64,000 nt of DNA from Antedon mediterranea (taxonomy: Eukaryota; Animalia; Echinodermata), in NCBI RefSeq assembly GCF_964355755.1, contig NC_092670.1:2842201-2906200 (forward strand), read 5' to 3'. The translations under genes and the position numbers were made by a program. The notes under the pieces were generated by a model that was not told the DNA's origin, searched no databases, and worked only from the letters and a program-made list of their open reading frames with translations. Below are positions 1-13,200 of the stretch, one piece after another (positions within the stretch are counted from its first letter, which is position 1; every line of letters begins with the position of its first letter).

Positions 1-497
1 ATATTTCGAGAGAACGAAAATAGGTAGGCCCTATGCCTATATGATTTAGTGATATTCATTCTCTAGAAATAATAATACAGTACCGGTAGGCTATATATTT
101 TTTCAAGTTGTCGATTTACTTCAAATTGACAACAGGTTGTTACTCAATCAAAAACAAACAATTTAATTTGATTAGACTATATGTCTCCAGATATAATAAT
201 AGTAATATTTATTTCAATCGACTTGATATTTTGCGATTAAAGTTGGTATTCTAAGGAATTATAATTACCCTAACGGGAGTTGGTGAACGTCCAGTGCCCT
301 AGTTTTTACGGGGTTAATATGATGTCGATGTCGATGGTCCTACTTTTTTATCGATGAAAGCTGCCCGGGTGGTTGCAGCCATTTTCAACAGCTGGTATTA
401 CACTATTCAATGCTGAAAATTATCCAGTGGACACTTTCAAACACCGGACACATTTAAATCTTACACTGGCACGATAGTCCGATGAGAATGGGTATAT

Positions 498-1109
498 TGT
501 AATATAACGATATACTGTTATATTTAAGAAATCGACCTTTGTATCGGAATTTAAATAGGTTCACAAACTTGACCCAGAAAGTCCAGAGGAGAGTTTGTCC
601 AGATGTTTTTAATGACCATTTAGTTTATAATAGAATCCCTAAAGAAAACACTTAGCTTAATTTTGTGACTTTCCCATCGTTAAACCAGGAGTGATTGACA
701 CTATTTAAGTACAGATTTGACAGTGTCATCCATCACAGAAATACCTTATTATACCGTTAATCACTCCCACTTAAACACCCCTGGATCAACTTAGGACCAA
801 TCGTTACCCTCACAGATTATGTAATTGACATATGCTAATGAACTGAGCCAATATACTCCCAAGTTTCAGAAGGGCCCAGACACACCTTACAGCCATTTCA
901 CGGAGTACACACCTCACAGCCACTTCTTCAGAAGCAGACCTACACACTTCACACCTCACTGACAGCATCATTGATCGTCCGTTCCTTATCTATACTTATA
1001 GTTGTATATTGTACTGAAGTATTATACTGAATAAACAATATATGTGTTACGACAGTCAAGCGAGTTAGAGTCTTTCATTAGTACCTCAACAACGCAACAT
1101 TATATTACA
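498..1109 (+). repeat. 5' LTR of element A
   Basis: Matches 14129-14740 with one substitution seen (TTTATAATAG vs TTTATTATAG). AATAAA near 1030. Confidence 0.97.
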
Positions 1110-1127
1110 TGGTGGAAGACCCGGGCA
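1110..1127 (+). promoter_or_regulatory. Primer-binding site, probably tRNA-Ala
   Basis: TGGTGGAAGACCCGGGCA directly after the LTR. Its reverse complement ends TCCACCA, like tRNA-Ala 3' ends. Confidence 0.7.
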
Positions 1128-1645
1128 AAGACAAAGAAGATAATCGAGGAAGACACAAAAGACAAGCTGAAATTATATTTGAATGAAATCGAGACAAGCA
1201 GAAATTTTATCAAATTATAACCATTGGATAAGGACAAAGAAGATAATCGAGGAAGACCCAAGCAGAATCAAAACAGAAGCAAGCGGACAAGAACTGTTTC
1301 GTTTGGACACTTTCAACTTCACGCCGTTTTTTTCGATCGTTTTTTTTAACATTTTTTTTTTTTGAACATTGATGAACACCTTTCGCATTTTTTTAAAATT
1401 CGTTGTTTGAAAAGTTGAACATTGATGAGCACTTTAACATTTTTTTTAATTCGTTGTTTGAACATTTAAACATTTTTGTACACTTTTTGCATTCCTTTAC
1501 TTCATTTTTAATTGGATCCGAAGCATTTGGGGTAAGTCGAAACCATTTTGATCTTTGATTTGTAACCCTGATTGAAAAGTGAGAGTTTACATATATATAC
1601 ACTAAATTGTTTTTGATATTTGATTAATAATTAATATTATGAAGT

Positions 1646-2615
1646 ATGGTCGACATTGTTGATAACGAAGTAATTTTAAATGAGCCCGTCAATCCTCACC
1701 CCGTGCCCCACCTAAGACAAACCGATTTCCTTCCCAAAAGATATGACGGTTCCATAACCGATCACGACCAATGTAGTGCACACTACTTATCGTTTACCGA
1801 CTACCTTGAGGCCCACACGTTAGAAAACCTTGTAAACAATGCCCAATTAATTAATGTAATAAGTATTTTTAAACGTAGCCTTCAGGGCCAAGCTAGACTC
1901 TGGATTGAGGGAAAGCAGTTCGATTCACTAGAATCCTTAAAAACCCAATTCATCAACAGGTTTAGTAAAAACAAATCAATCTATGCGCACATAAGAGAAT
2001 ACGATTCAATTACATACACCACTGGCGACAACGCCGAAAAACACTTAACCAAAATCAAACAAGCCGCAGACAGAATTGGATACGCTGACCAGCAGATAAA
2101 GAATAAATTTATTTCGACCCTTCCACCAAAATGTAGAGCAGCTGTAGCCATGTCCACCCCAATCGATGCCACTATTGAAAATATCGTAAATAGCACACAA
2201 AATTACCTTGACCTTTCCGTAGATGATGCCACACGGGAAGTTTCATTCAATATCAATAAGGAAACAGATAGGCCTAATAGTCTCGAATCGCTCCAACATG
2301 AGATAAATTCTCTCAAGTTAGACATGGCCACAACAAAACGATCCCTTAATGATGATACTCGACGCTCACGTTCCCCCACCCGAAATTATATCCCAAGACG
2401 AAACCGAAGCCCAAGCCCATACAAACCCCGATTCCAGACCCCAAAGACCCCAACCAAGATATAGACAACCTCCCCCAACCTGTTATTACTGCGGGAAACC
2501 AGGCCACATAGCAAGGCACTGCCGACAACAAAACCGCTCTTACAGAAACTATCCCCCGCCATACCCATACCAACAGTCAAACAATTACTACCCTAGCCAC
2601 CAGCAGGATTTTTAA
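1646..2615 (+). pseudogene. gag: gag of element A, with one internal frameshift near 2435-2450 before the CCHC zinc knuckle
   Basis: ORF 1646-2464 (capsid-like, RS-rich end). Overlapping ORF 2349-2615 contains CYYCGKPGHIARHC. Confidence 0.9.
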
Positions 2616-2651
2616 AAAGGGGACTAGATGCCGCCTATAATCTGGCCCCCC
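2606..2651 (+). promoter_or_regulatory. -1 programmed ribosomal frameshift signal (gag-pol)
   Basis: G_GAT_TTT heptamer just before the gag stop. The -1 frame is open into the protease. A hairpin GGGGACTAGAT/ATCTGGCCCCC starts 6 nt downstream. Confidence 0.75.
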
Positions 2652-3558
2652 ATACTAAATACGACAATTTTAAGGCAAAATACTTAGGGAATTCAGATAA
2701 TATTGATTTGTTACTTAACGACAGAAATTACGTTAAAGGAAATTTACCAGATGGTAGAAATGTTTTAACTTTATTTGACAGTGGTTCAACTAGAACTATA
2801 ATCTCACAATCGTACGTTAATTCCTCACTTTATTTATCGCGTTTAAAGCCAGTTAAAGTGAACACAACTAAATTTAGATTAGGTAACGGTGACTTCTTAT
2901 ATGCCAACCACTTAGTGCAATTCGAATTATTTATCCAAGGACACAAATTTAAAATTTCAGCATTAATCGTTAAAAATTTGACAGGTATTGACCTTGTAGC
3001 AGACCTACCACATAGCTTTTAAACAATTCAACATTTACTTTTAATTTGATTATTTATACATCCTCTATATATCTCTTTATTTAACCTCACATTGACAGGT
3101 TACCTTCCTGTTACCTTCACTTTTCTAGCTAATGGATTTTAAGAATGTTAATGACTCTAACAGAAAACCACATTAATTCTCTTAATCCTAATTGGTCAGA
3201 TGAGATGGGCCAAGCCCAATATTACCATGCACTGACCACATTATTAACACACTCTTTTCTCAACCAGCATCTTAGCTACACCGTTTACTGCATTGTCTTA
3301 TCAAATATTGTATATTGTATATTTTATCTATTTATTGAGAATCCTCACTTGATTCACTTGGAATAAATTGCATAGTTTACTGTATACATTTAGTAGTTGT
3401 TTTGTTTTACCGTTGCGCCGACAATTACTAAAGTGGTGACCCCGACTAAGGAAGCATGGAACTAAAGTGGTGACACCCGACTAAAGAAGCATGGAACTGA
3501 GAGTGTCATTCATCCATACTAAAGTGGTGTCCCTCGACTTTCTTATACCGTCGTTTAA

Positions 3559-3935
3559 ATGGAAGGACAACAGCAACAACGACAGCTACCGCAACCTCCA
3601 GCACAACCCCAGCACCAGGAACAACCTGTGGTGCCCGCTTCTGACGCAGCAACCGTCAACAGGCCAATTTCTTCTCTAGCATTGAAACTGCTTCCATACT
3701 GGCCCAATGATACGATATTGTGGTTCACCCAAGTCGAAGCACAGTTCACAATGCGTGGGATCACAGCAGATGCTACTAAATATGCTTACTTAGTAGGATC
3801 ATCGCAACCTGAAATTGCGCAGGGAGTTCGGGATCTATTTCTCACCCCGCCTACTGATAACAGGTATGTGAACTTCAAAGATACTTTAATACGTCGGACA
3901 ACTGCTTCCGACCAACAGCGCCTCCGCCAACTCTT
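3559..3935 (+). pseudogene. gag: N-terminal gag of element B, truncated by internal deletion
   Basis: ORF 3559-3966 is gag-like up to QRLRQL, then the sequence switches to RNase H ([23 protein letters not shown]) in another frame. Confidence 0.85.
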
Positions 3936-5278
3936 CTCACCCATCCGCAGCCAGATGCACCTTTAAGTATCATGGTTTCGGATGTGGCCATAGGGGGTAT
4001 ACTACAACAAACGCATTGACAACAATTGTCAACCTATTTCATTTTTCTCACAGAAGTTGAAACCAGCGCAGACGCGATACAGCACATTTGGTCGTGAACT
4101 TTTGGCGGCATACCTTTCAGTTAAACATTTTCGTCATTCACTTGAAGGACGCTCATTTCATATTTTTACTGACCATAAGCCACTTGTGTATGCTTTACTC
4201 GCCAAACCAAATCGTCACTCGCCACGCGAAATCCGTCATCTCGATTTCATATCTCAATTCACAACGGACATACGCCATGTGAGTGGAAAAGCTAATGCAG
4301 CAGCTGATGCATTGTCGCGAATCGAACTGAATACCTTCAGTCACAACACAACTAACATTGTTGATTTTAGTCTTATTGCTGCTGCACAAAAGAATGACGA
4401 TGAATTGCAAAAGCTACTTGAATCACCGTTTTCACTACAATTTCAAAACTTTCCAATTCCAACTTCTGACTCTACAATTCTTTGTGATATTTCCAAAGGC
4501 AATCCACGTCCATATATCCCACAAGAATTCAGACGCATAATATTTGACACTCTACATTCGCTATCACATCCTGGTATACGAGCAACACAACGTTTAATTA
4601 CTGACCGTTTCGTATGGCCAGCAATCAATCGTGATGTACGACGATGCATTCAATGTCAACGTTCCAAAGTACACCGGCACACCGTTTCGCCACTCTCTAC
4701 TTTTTCTACACCTGACGCCCGTTTTGACCATGTACATATAGATATTGTTGGACCTCTCCCTCCGTCAAATGGTTTTTCTTATTTACTCACTTTTATCGAT
4801 CGTTTTACTCGATGGCCCGAAGCCGTACCTATTCCGGATATCACAGCCGATACTGTCGCACACGCATTTGTCAATCGATGGATCGCTTCATTCGGAATAC
4901 CTTCAACCATTACAACAGATCGAGGAAGACAATTTGAATCTGCATTATTTCATTCACTTGCCAACTTACTAGGAACTAAGCACATTCATACAACTGCCTA
5001 CCATCCTATTGCGAACGGACTTGTAGAACGTTTTCATCGACATTTGAAGGGTTCTCTCAAAGCACAAAATGATCACACTAAATGGACAGAACATTTACCT
5101 ATAGTACTTTTAGGCATTCGTACAGCCCTTAAGGCTGATCTAGGTCACAGTGCAGCTGAACTTGTTTATGGCACTACTTTAAGATTACCTGGACAATTCT
5201 TTAATTCAAACTCTGAACATTGTGATTATTAGGTTATATGCATGATATGCATATAACCTCTTGATTCTGTCAAAATCT

Positions 5279-5333
<55 letters not shown>

Positions 5334-7171
5334 TTCTTTCCTTAGCACTATTTGTCCGTGAATTATCTTGGCATCAGTTTCATCTATCTAAGTCAATTTT
5401 TCAGAGTATATTCCTTATGGCCAGGAATCGATGTGGTTATGTTTTCACGATGCGCAATCCAAAATTACGCGGTCTACGCGCGATTTAACGAAATCACGTT
5501 TGTAATCATATCTTCACAAACATGAATCACTTTTAAACAAAATTTGGTACTCATAAATTTCAGGTCATATTTCATCATATGGCAATACAATTACGTGCGT
5601 AGCGCATATAACGCATGCGTACGCGCGCTTAAAATGTTGAAAATTGTCAGAATTTATTTTCGATGAAATTAGAGTACGTTTCAGGCAATTTTAAGCGTTT
5701 AAAAAATTGCCATGAGTGCGCAGATTTTTGCACGCGCACTGCGCGTCAAACGGTAATGCGCACTGTTTGTGTCCGATTACTGTTGTATAACCTTTCTTTA
5801 ATAATATCATCATATTTTATTCACTTTTCAACGCGAAACAGCGTTATACGAGCACGTCAAAAGTGACGGGCTACGCACGTGTAAGTTAACAAAAGGGTGA
5901 AAATATGCTAAATTTTAAAATTAATATATATCGTTAGAATGCTCGGGAACACCTATTTTTTATTTAATTTTCTTGAAGTGTATGTATCATATGTATGATT
6001 TATTATGAAATTAGAAGAACAAAAGTTGATTAAGTCATCATTAATGCCATATTAAATTTAACAAAATTAATTTCGACAATCAAACAAATTATAACATTTT
6101 CTTAGGCCAAAATAACAAACTTAACGTTAACTTTCTTCCTTAAGAAGTTCATATATTAAAGTTAAAAGTATATAGTTTGACAGTGCATCATCTTTTTAAA
6201 TTTTTAAAGATGTCATCATAGTAAAACATTATAATTCATTGCGGTATGTAATAATCTATCTGCACCAAAGTGGTTACTGCATAGTAAATACACGGAGGAA
6301 CTTTTCTCCAACTTTTAGTCAGTTGTGTATGGCTCGATGGTCTGTGCTCGTGTCAATGGCCTTCAAGGTACCGAGTTCGAGTCTCACCTTGGGAAACGAA
6401 ATAAGATTTTTTTTTTATTATCCGTATTGTTCAAATTTATTTCTTAGTGTATAGATTATACACATGATTTATAATGAAATCTAGATAAAAAGTTACTTTA
6501 TGTCTTTATTATTATGTAACAACAAATGCGGTTTATGACATTATACGCAGAGGGATATTTGATCGGATTGTGATACCGGCTATGGTGTTCGCGTTAGCAA
6601 GGTCCTATCATATATTATAAATAATTAAAGATTCTGAGAAAATCAATCAATCAATATATCTTTTAAAAATCAATTATCTTTATTTAAATCAATGCATATA
6701 ACCTATAATTCGTCATAGTGACGAATTAAATCTAGTTCTAATTATATTGATAGATTGCGTGATAATATGAGTAAACTACGTCCCACACCTACCCGCACCA
6801 ACTCTAACCGTAAATCCTATATCAATCAAGAAATATTTAATTGTACCCATGTTTTTGTGCGAAGGGACTCTGTTCGAAAACCCTTACAACGTCCATATGA
6901 TGGTCCATTTAAGGTATTAAGTCGAACAGACAAACACTTTGTTCTCGATCTAAATGGTCGACAGGACACAGTCAGTATTGATCGCTTAAAGGTAGCTCAT
7001 TTGGATACTGATATATTTAAAAGCCAAGAGCAAACCCTCACTCCCAAGCTACAAGCATCACCCCTAGTCAAACCAACCAACCCGTCACCCATTTTGGCAA
7101 CCCCTCCCCGTACTACTCGTTCTGGTAGACATGTTCATTTCCCTCAACGTTTTGTCTCGTTCTATCATTAA
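3936..7171 (+). pseudogene. pol: RNase H-integrase of element B, split by a HINE
   Basis: [55 protein letters not shown]. Removing 5227-6736 restores the frame (CD|SNYIDRLR). Confidence 0.92.
5227..6736 (+). mobile_element. Non-autonomous Helentron-associated element (HINE/DINE-1-like), copy 1
   Basis: Subterminal inverted repeat AGGTTATATGCAT/ATGCATATAACCT, 5' palindrome, (ATTT)n, 3' hairpin TAATTCGTCA-TAG-TGACGAATTA then CTAGT. Inserted in TT with no TSD. Two more copies in the window. Confidence 0.88.
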
Positions 7172-8890
7172 TTCTTTCACTGGAAGGGGGCTCCTGTAGC
7201 AGACCTACCACATAGCTTTTAAACAATTCAACATTTACTTTTAATTTGATTATTTATACATCCTCTATATATCTCTTTATTTAACCTCACATTGACAGGT
7301 TACCTTCCTGTTACCTTCACTTTTCTAGCTAATGGATTTTAAGAATGTTAATGACTCTAACAGAAAACCACATTAATTCTCTTAATCCTAATTGGTCAGA
7401 TGAGATGGGCCAAGCCCAATATTACCATGCACTGACCACATTATTAACACACTCTTTTCTCAACCAGCATCTTAGCTACACCGTTTACTGCATTGTCTTA
7501 TCAAATATTGTATATTGTATATTTTATCTATTTATTGAGAATCCTCACTTGATTCACTTGGAATAAATTGCATACAGTAGTTTACTGTATACATTTAGTA
7601 GTTGTTTTGTTTTACCGTTGCGCCGACAATTACTAAAACCTGATACTTGGAACCGAAACATTGTCTGAACTCGACGGTACTTTAAATTTTAAGGAAAACA
7701 CATTTCGCATTAGACCAAAGATTTTTAGCTTTCGTCCAGTACACAAGATTTTTCTTAAACCCGGTGATACTAGAACAGTTAAATTAAAAGGAAGGGTTCC
7801 CGCCTTCGTACGCAATTCTGATGTTGTTCTACATGCAACCACCCATATTTCAAAACTTTGTCCATCAGATATGTTAGTAAAATTACACAGAGGAGAAACC
7901 AACATTGATATCACTAACAACACAAACAGAAACGTATCTCTAAATACACATCAACCTATCGCGAGCCTTCACTTAACCAACCTTGTAACAGTTACTAACG
8001 ACCTACCAATAGATAGAATAAAGTTGACCAATGACAACGCAAACAAGTACCCACATTTAGAACGTACAGACCCATTGCTATCTTTAACCGAGGAAGAAAT
8101 AATCAGAAAACAAGTTGATTTAACAGACAGCGTTTTAACACATAGAGAAAAAGAAGATTTGTATAAAACATTACAACAAAACAGAAACGCATTTTCACTA
8201 TACGGTGAACTATCTAGCTGCCCAAACTTCAAAGCTGACATACACCTCTCTAACGATGAACCATTTTTTATTCGCCCATACTTCGCGACAGACAAAGACA
8301 AACATGTTATTGAGGCCGAATTGAACAAATTAGTCAAATTAGGAATCTTAGCAGTAGGACACCAATCGTATACTTCCCCTGTCCTTCTTGTTTCAAAGAA
8401 AAATTCAAAAGATAAAAGAGTTGTCACAGACTTTCGCTATCTAAATTCCAGGATAAAACGTATTAATCACCCATTCCCATTATTAGCCGAAACTCTGAAA
8501 ACAATAGGTAACGCTAATGCACAGATTCTTAGCGTAATTGATTTGAAATCAGCGTTCCACTGTGTACCATTAGCCGAACATGCCCAACAATATACAGGTA
8601 TAGCTTCATATCATGGTGGAAAGCATTATTATTATAAGAGATTAGCACAAGGATTAAACGTTTCACCAGGTATATTTCAAGCAAAGATTGACGAAATTTT
8701 AAATGAAATCCCAAATTCTAGAGAATTCTGTATCGCCCATCATGATGATATTATTTTATTTAGCCAAGACAAATTTGCTCATAAGCAGCACCTTGTTTCC
8801 GTTTTACAAGCCCTACAATTAAATGGTTTTAGAATTTGTCCAAAGAAATGTAAGTTATTCAAGAATAAAGTGCAATATATGGGACACACC

Positions 8891-10215
8891 ATTTCATTTT
8901 CATTTCATTTCATAATAACATTTATTTCCTTCATAATATACAAAATAAATAATATAATACACAAAATTCATGACGAGAAGAAAGATAGTTAAAACAATAC
9001 AATTTTTTTTTCTCATCTTTAACATGAATAAAACAATATTATGAAGGAGGCACAATTTCTAAAAAGCAAAAGCTTGTGTTGAAAGTGCCTGAACAAAACA
9101 AAAAGTAACTAAAATCAAATTAGTAAATAATAGTAAATGGTATATAGGAATAAAGTAATTACCATAACGGAATATGAAAACAATAAAAAACTGATACCTA
9201 GAATATAACTAGTTAATTAATTTACTTTTGTATTAGATATTGTTTAGTGTTAAAGACGAAGCTATGTTTGTTTGCAGAAGTTGTAATTTTGTTAGGAAGT
9301 GAGTTCCATATCTTGGGTCCAGTAAATCTAATATTATGTTGAAAAGAAGTCTTTTTATGTTTAGGAATATGAAGGTTATTGAGGATATTGTGGAATAGCC
9401 GTGAAATTCATAATTGGGAGAAAACATATCGCGTAAATGAGATGGAAGAAGAGCATTTTGGCTTTTGTAAATAAATAAACATTGTTGGAAAATATTAATA
9501 TCTGTCAATTTTAATAATTCGAGAGAACGAAATAAAGGATCTGTACTAGTTCTAGGTGAAACATTCGAAATTATTCGAATGATTTTCTTTTGTAGTATTT
9601 GAAGTTTTTTTAAATTAGATGGGAATGTGTTACACCAAACGATATTGCAATATAAAAGATATGGCAAAACAAGGGAGCAGTAGAGTGTTCGGAGAATATG
9701 ATGTGGAAGAAAAGATGCCAGTCTACAAATTATACCAATATTTTTTGAGATTTTGTTTTCTGTCTCAATAACATGTGGTTTCCATGTCAGACGACTATCA
9801 ATGGATACACCCAAAAATTTTGCATGATTGACCATGGGGAGAACAGAACCATTTAGTTTAATTTGCAATGGACCTAATTTAATCGGCATCGTACTACTTC
9901 TAAACAAAACATAGCTGCACTTTTTTAGATTTACAGAAAGGCTGTTTGCCAGAAACCATTCGGATACATTAATTAAACTTGTATTTACAGTGTTAAATAA
10001 CGACTCTAAGTGTCGATTTTTACAGATTAGTGTTGTGTCATCTGCATATAAAAAGTAAGATAAAGATACTGACGAATTGTAAATATCATTCACATATAAA
10101 AGAAACAGAAGAGGACCTAGTAATGAACCTTGTGGTACTCCACAGGTAATAGGCAAATAGTCAGATTGGGAATCAAAAAACTTGGTACATCCTGATTACA
10201 TCCTGGTACATCCTG
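8891..10215 (-). mobile_element. 5'-truncated CR1/L2-group LINE inserted antisense in the RT of element A
   Basis: ORF 9233-10156: GVPQGSLLGPLLF, YADDT, KFLGV. (TGAAA)n 3' tail at 8891-8913. Host pol frame resumes at 10216. Confidence 0.92.
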
Positions 10216-13200
10216 ATTAATTCTTCAGGACACGCATGTATCACACCATTAGGCGACAGGTGTGCAGCTATCCGAAATTTGCCAGTCCCACGAACCCATA
10301 AAGAAACTAAACGATTTATTGGTGCAGTAAATTATATATCCCATTTTTTCCCTCAAATACAATCAATTTTACGTCCGTTACACACACTCGCAAGCAAACG
10401 CCGAAAATGTTGTTGGTCTACTGAACACCAGAAAGCATTTGACGAAATTAAACAATTAATGGTTAAACCACCAACTCTTCAAATGCCTAGAAAAGAAGGT
10501 AGATTTACGCTATATAGCGACACTTCAAGAACCGCAACAGGTTCATATTTAACACAAACAGTAAACGGTAAAGAACACATAATAGGTTATTATTCCAAAA
10601 TCTTACCAAAAGCCTGTCAACGATATAGCGTCACAGAATTAGAGTTATTTGGACTTTACATTAACGTTTCAGCATTTCGACATTTACAAAAGGGTTGCGA
10701 ATTTGATGCATTCGTAGACCACTCAGCAATTGTACAAATTTGGAATTCAAAAGATCAGCCATGTACACCCCGTTTACAGAAACTAATATTACGATTGTCC
10801 GGATACATTTTCCAAATTGGTTATAAGAAAGGAACTGAATTAGTTTTAGCAGATTTTCTCTCCCGAGCCCCTCGTGATGACGATTCCGAAATTGATCAAG
10901 TTGTACCCATTGCATTTAATATTACAGAGACTGAATCTCTTAACCCGATTACAAACACATTTACTAGCAGACCAGTAACAAGGTCATACGCCAAGAAAAT
11001 GGGAATAAATATACCTGACCTACATAAACCCAAACCCAAACAAACGCCTGTCATTAATCAAAACCCAGTGACAACAAACACGCGACCTACACCTCAACCT
11101 TCCACTACACCACAGATAATCACGAGACAACAAACAAACGCACATCGATCACCGCCTATCATAACGCCACCTATCGTAACACCACCCCCAATACGTAATG
11201 TAAACATTCGACAACCTCCAGAGGAACGACTAGTAGACAAAAACAAGCAAAGCAAAGATACTACACATCGAAACGTACCTGTTGAATTGTATACATCGCC
11301 CAAACCACTAGTACCAAACATAACTGAATTTAAGTCAGCACACATCCCAAAACAACAAGACTTAGATAGATTAATGGATGTTATTCAAAGAAAGATAATT
11401 AGAGATTATAACCTCCCAGTAGATGTTAAACAATTACGCGTTGAACAAGAAACTTCACCATTTTTTAAGCCAGTTTACGATTATTTAGTTCATGATATCC
11501 TTCCAGCTGATAAGAAAGCAGCTCGTGCAGTTCAGAATAAGTCAGAGCAGTACATATTGTGCAACGGTTTACTATTCCGTTTATTTTTCCAAGATAAAGG
11601 TGGAGAATTTGTATTAAAATTAGCTGTTCCTGAAAACTTAGCAGAGACTGTTATTTCTCAGTATCACGACAATTTGTTAAGTAGCCACCAAGGTACGATG
11701 CGTACTAATTACCTTACTATTAGGAAATTATTTTACATGCCTCTTATGTTCGAGAAAGTCAACAATTATACCCAAGCGTGTCTTAGATGTCAACAATTTC
11801 GTCCCAAAACCGATAAATTACGTCCTTTACACGATCGAGTACCAGCAACTTACCGTCCCTTTCATACACTCAGTCTAGATTTTAAGAGTATGCCAACATC
11901 ACCTTCAGGTTTTAAACATATTATGGTAGTATGTGATGAGATAACTAGATTTTTGATTTGTGTACCTTTGAAATCCATTGATGCCGAAACAATTTGTGAA
12001 GCACTAATTCAAAAGGTCATCAGTATTTTCGGACCCCCATCTCGTCTTATTTCAGATGCAGCAACCTCCCTTACAGGAAAATTATTAACACTATTATGTA
12101 ACACCCTTAATATTGATAGGAAAATCATCAGCGTCCACAATCACGGTAGTTTACAAGTTGAACGTCATATCCGCACCGTATCGGACCTGTTAAAGGTCAA
12201 CCTTAACCAATTCGGAACAGATTGGGTTAGATTTGTATCAACAACATGTTATGTTTATAACTCGTTTTCATCCCCACATCTAGGAAACCACTCCCCTTAC
12301 GAATTAGTTTTTGGCCGCCAACCTCCAAGTTTGACCTCATTAGCATTTAACCCTATTTCAGGATTGTCTCATTCCTATGAAGAATACTTTGAACATCTCA
12401 AGAAGAAATTTCAAAACATTTCACAGACAATGCTACAATTACAGCGAACACAACAAAACGTCCAAAACTCAAAGATATCCCAACGCTTACAAAAAGTCCA
12501 ATTTACTCAGTAGGACAACTCGTATATTTATACAAGCCAACATCATCATCACTAACGGCAAATTCAAAGAAAATCGCCGCAGAATGGGTCGGACCATTAG
12601 TGATTCATGAAGTACTAGACAGAACACACTACATCCTAGCGACGATTAAAGGAGAAATACTTCGCGACGTATTCAATTATAACAGACTGAAACCCTGTTT
12701 TATGAGAACACCCAAAGAACGCAAAAATTTTACACATCTACAAAAACTTAAACAATTGTTGAATGAACCAACTGATGATAATAACGATAAAATCCAAAAC
12801 ACCATTAATGTAGTAAATGACGAAATCAATGTTGAATTTGTAGACGAACATGATAGGACACCAGCCCAATTGCAATCAGATACCCTTACACATCCAACTA
12901 AGATAGAACCCCTTAACTTGCAACCTTACATTGACTGTGTAGAGAATAACATGGGATTAGCAGCCCCATTCCAAATGAATGATTCAAATATGACATTAAA
13001 CCGAGGTAGATTTAAAGCAGGACATTTCCAAGTTTTAGTTTCGTATTCTAAACCGACTTCAGCCAAACACAACACTGATAAAGCAAAACAAGAATCTAAT
13101 GATCGCAAATTTTGGTGGAATATTGACAGATATAACGATACAGATAAATTAATTAAAGAGATCATTAATGATAAACAGATACCGATAAGTGGATCGCCAA

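Larger units (their letters stand above)
2995..7637 (+). mobile_element. Nested, internally deleted Gypsy element of the CsRn1/Kabuki-like lineage (element B)
   Basis: LTRs 2995-3432 and 7195-7637 (5-bp indel between them). TSD ACCT. PBS TGGTGACCCCGAC (tRNA-Trp type). PPT GGAAGGGGG. Gag LPYWPNDTILWFTQVEAQF. RNase H and integrase present; no protease or RT. Confidence 0.93.

Noticed and set aside
1183-1602. Short ORFs in the leader of element A
   Set aside because: They arise from short direct repeats and T-runs in the 5' UTR.
2430-2464. Programmed +1 frameshift inside gag of element A
   Set aside because: No recognisable shift site. A single indel in the C-rich repeat (mutation or sequencing error) is simpler, though sibling copies should be checked.
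3145-3366. Identical 73-aa ORFs at 3145 and 7345
   Set aside because: They lie inside the two LTRs of element B. The identity reflects LTR duplication, not a gene.
7969-8427. Antisense ORFs over pol and DED exons (e.g. 7969-8427, 12926-13210, 21374-21775)
   Set aside because: Shadow frames of real coding sequence on the other strand, with no independent motifs.
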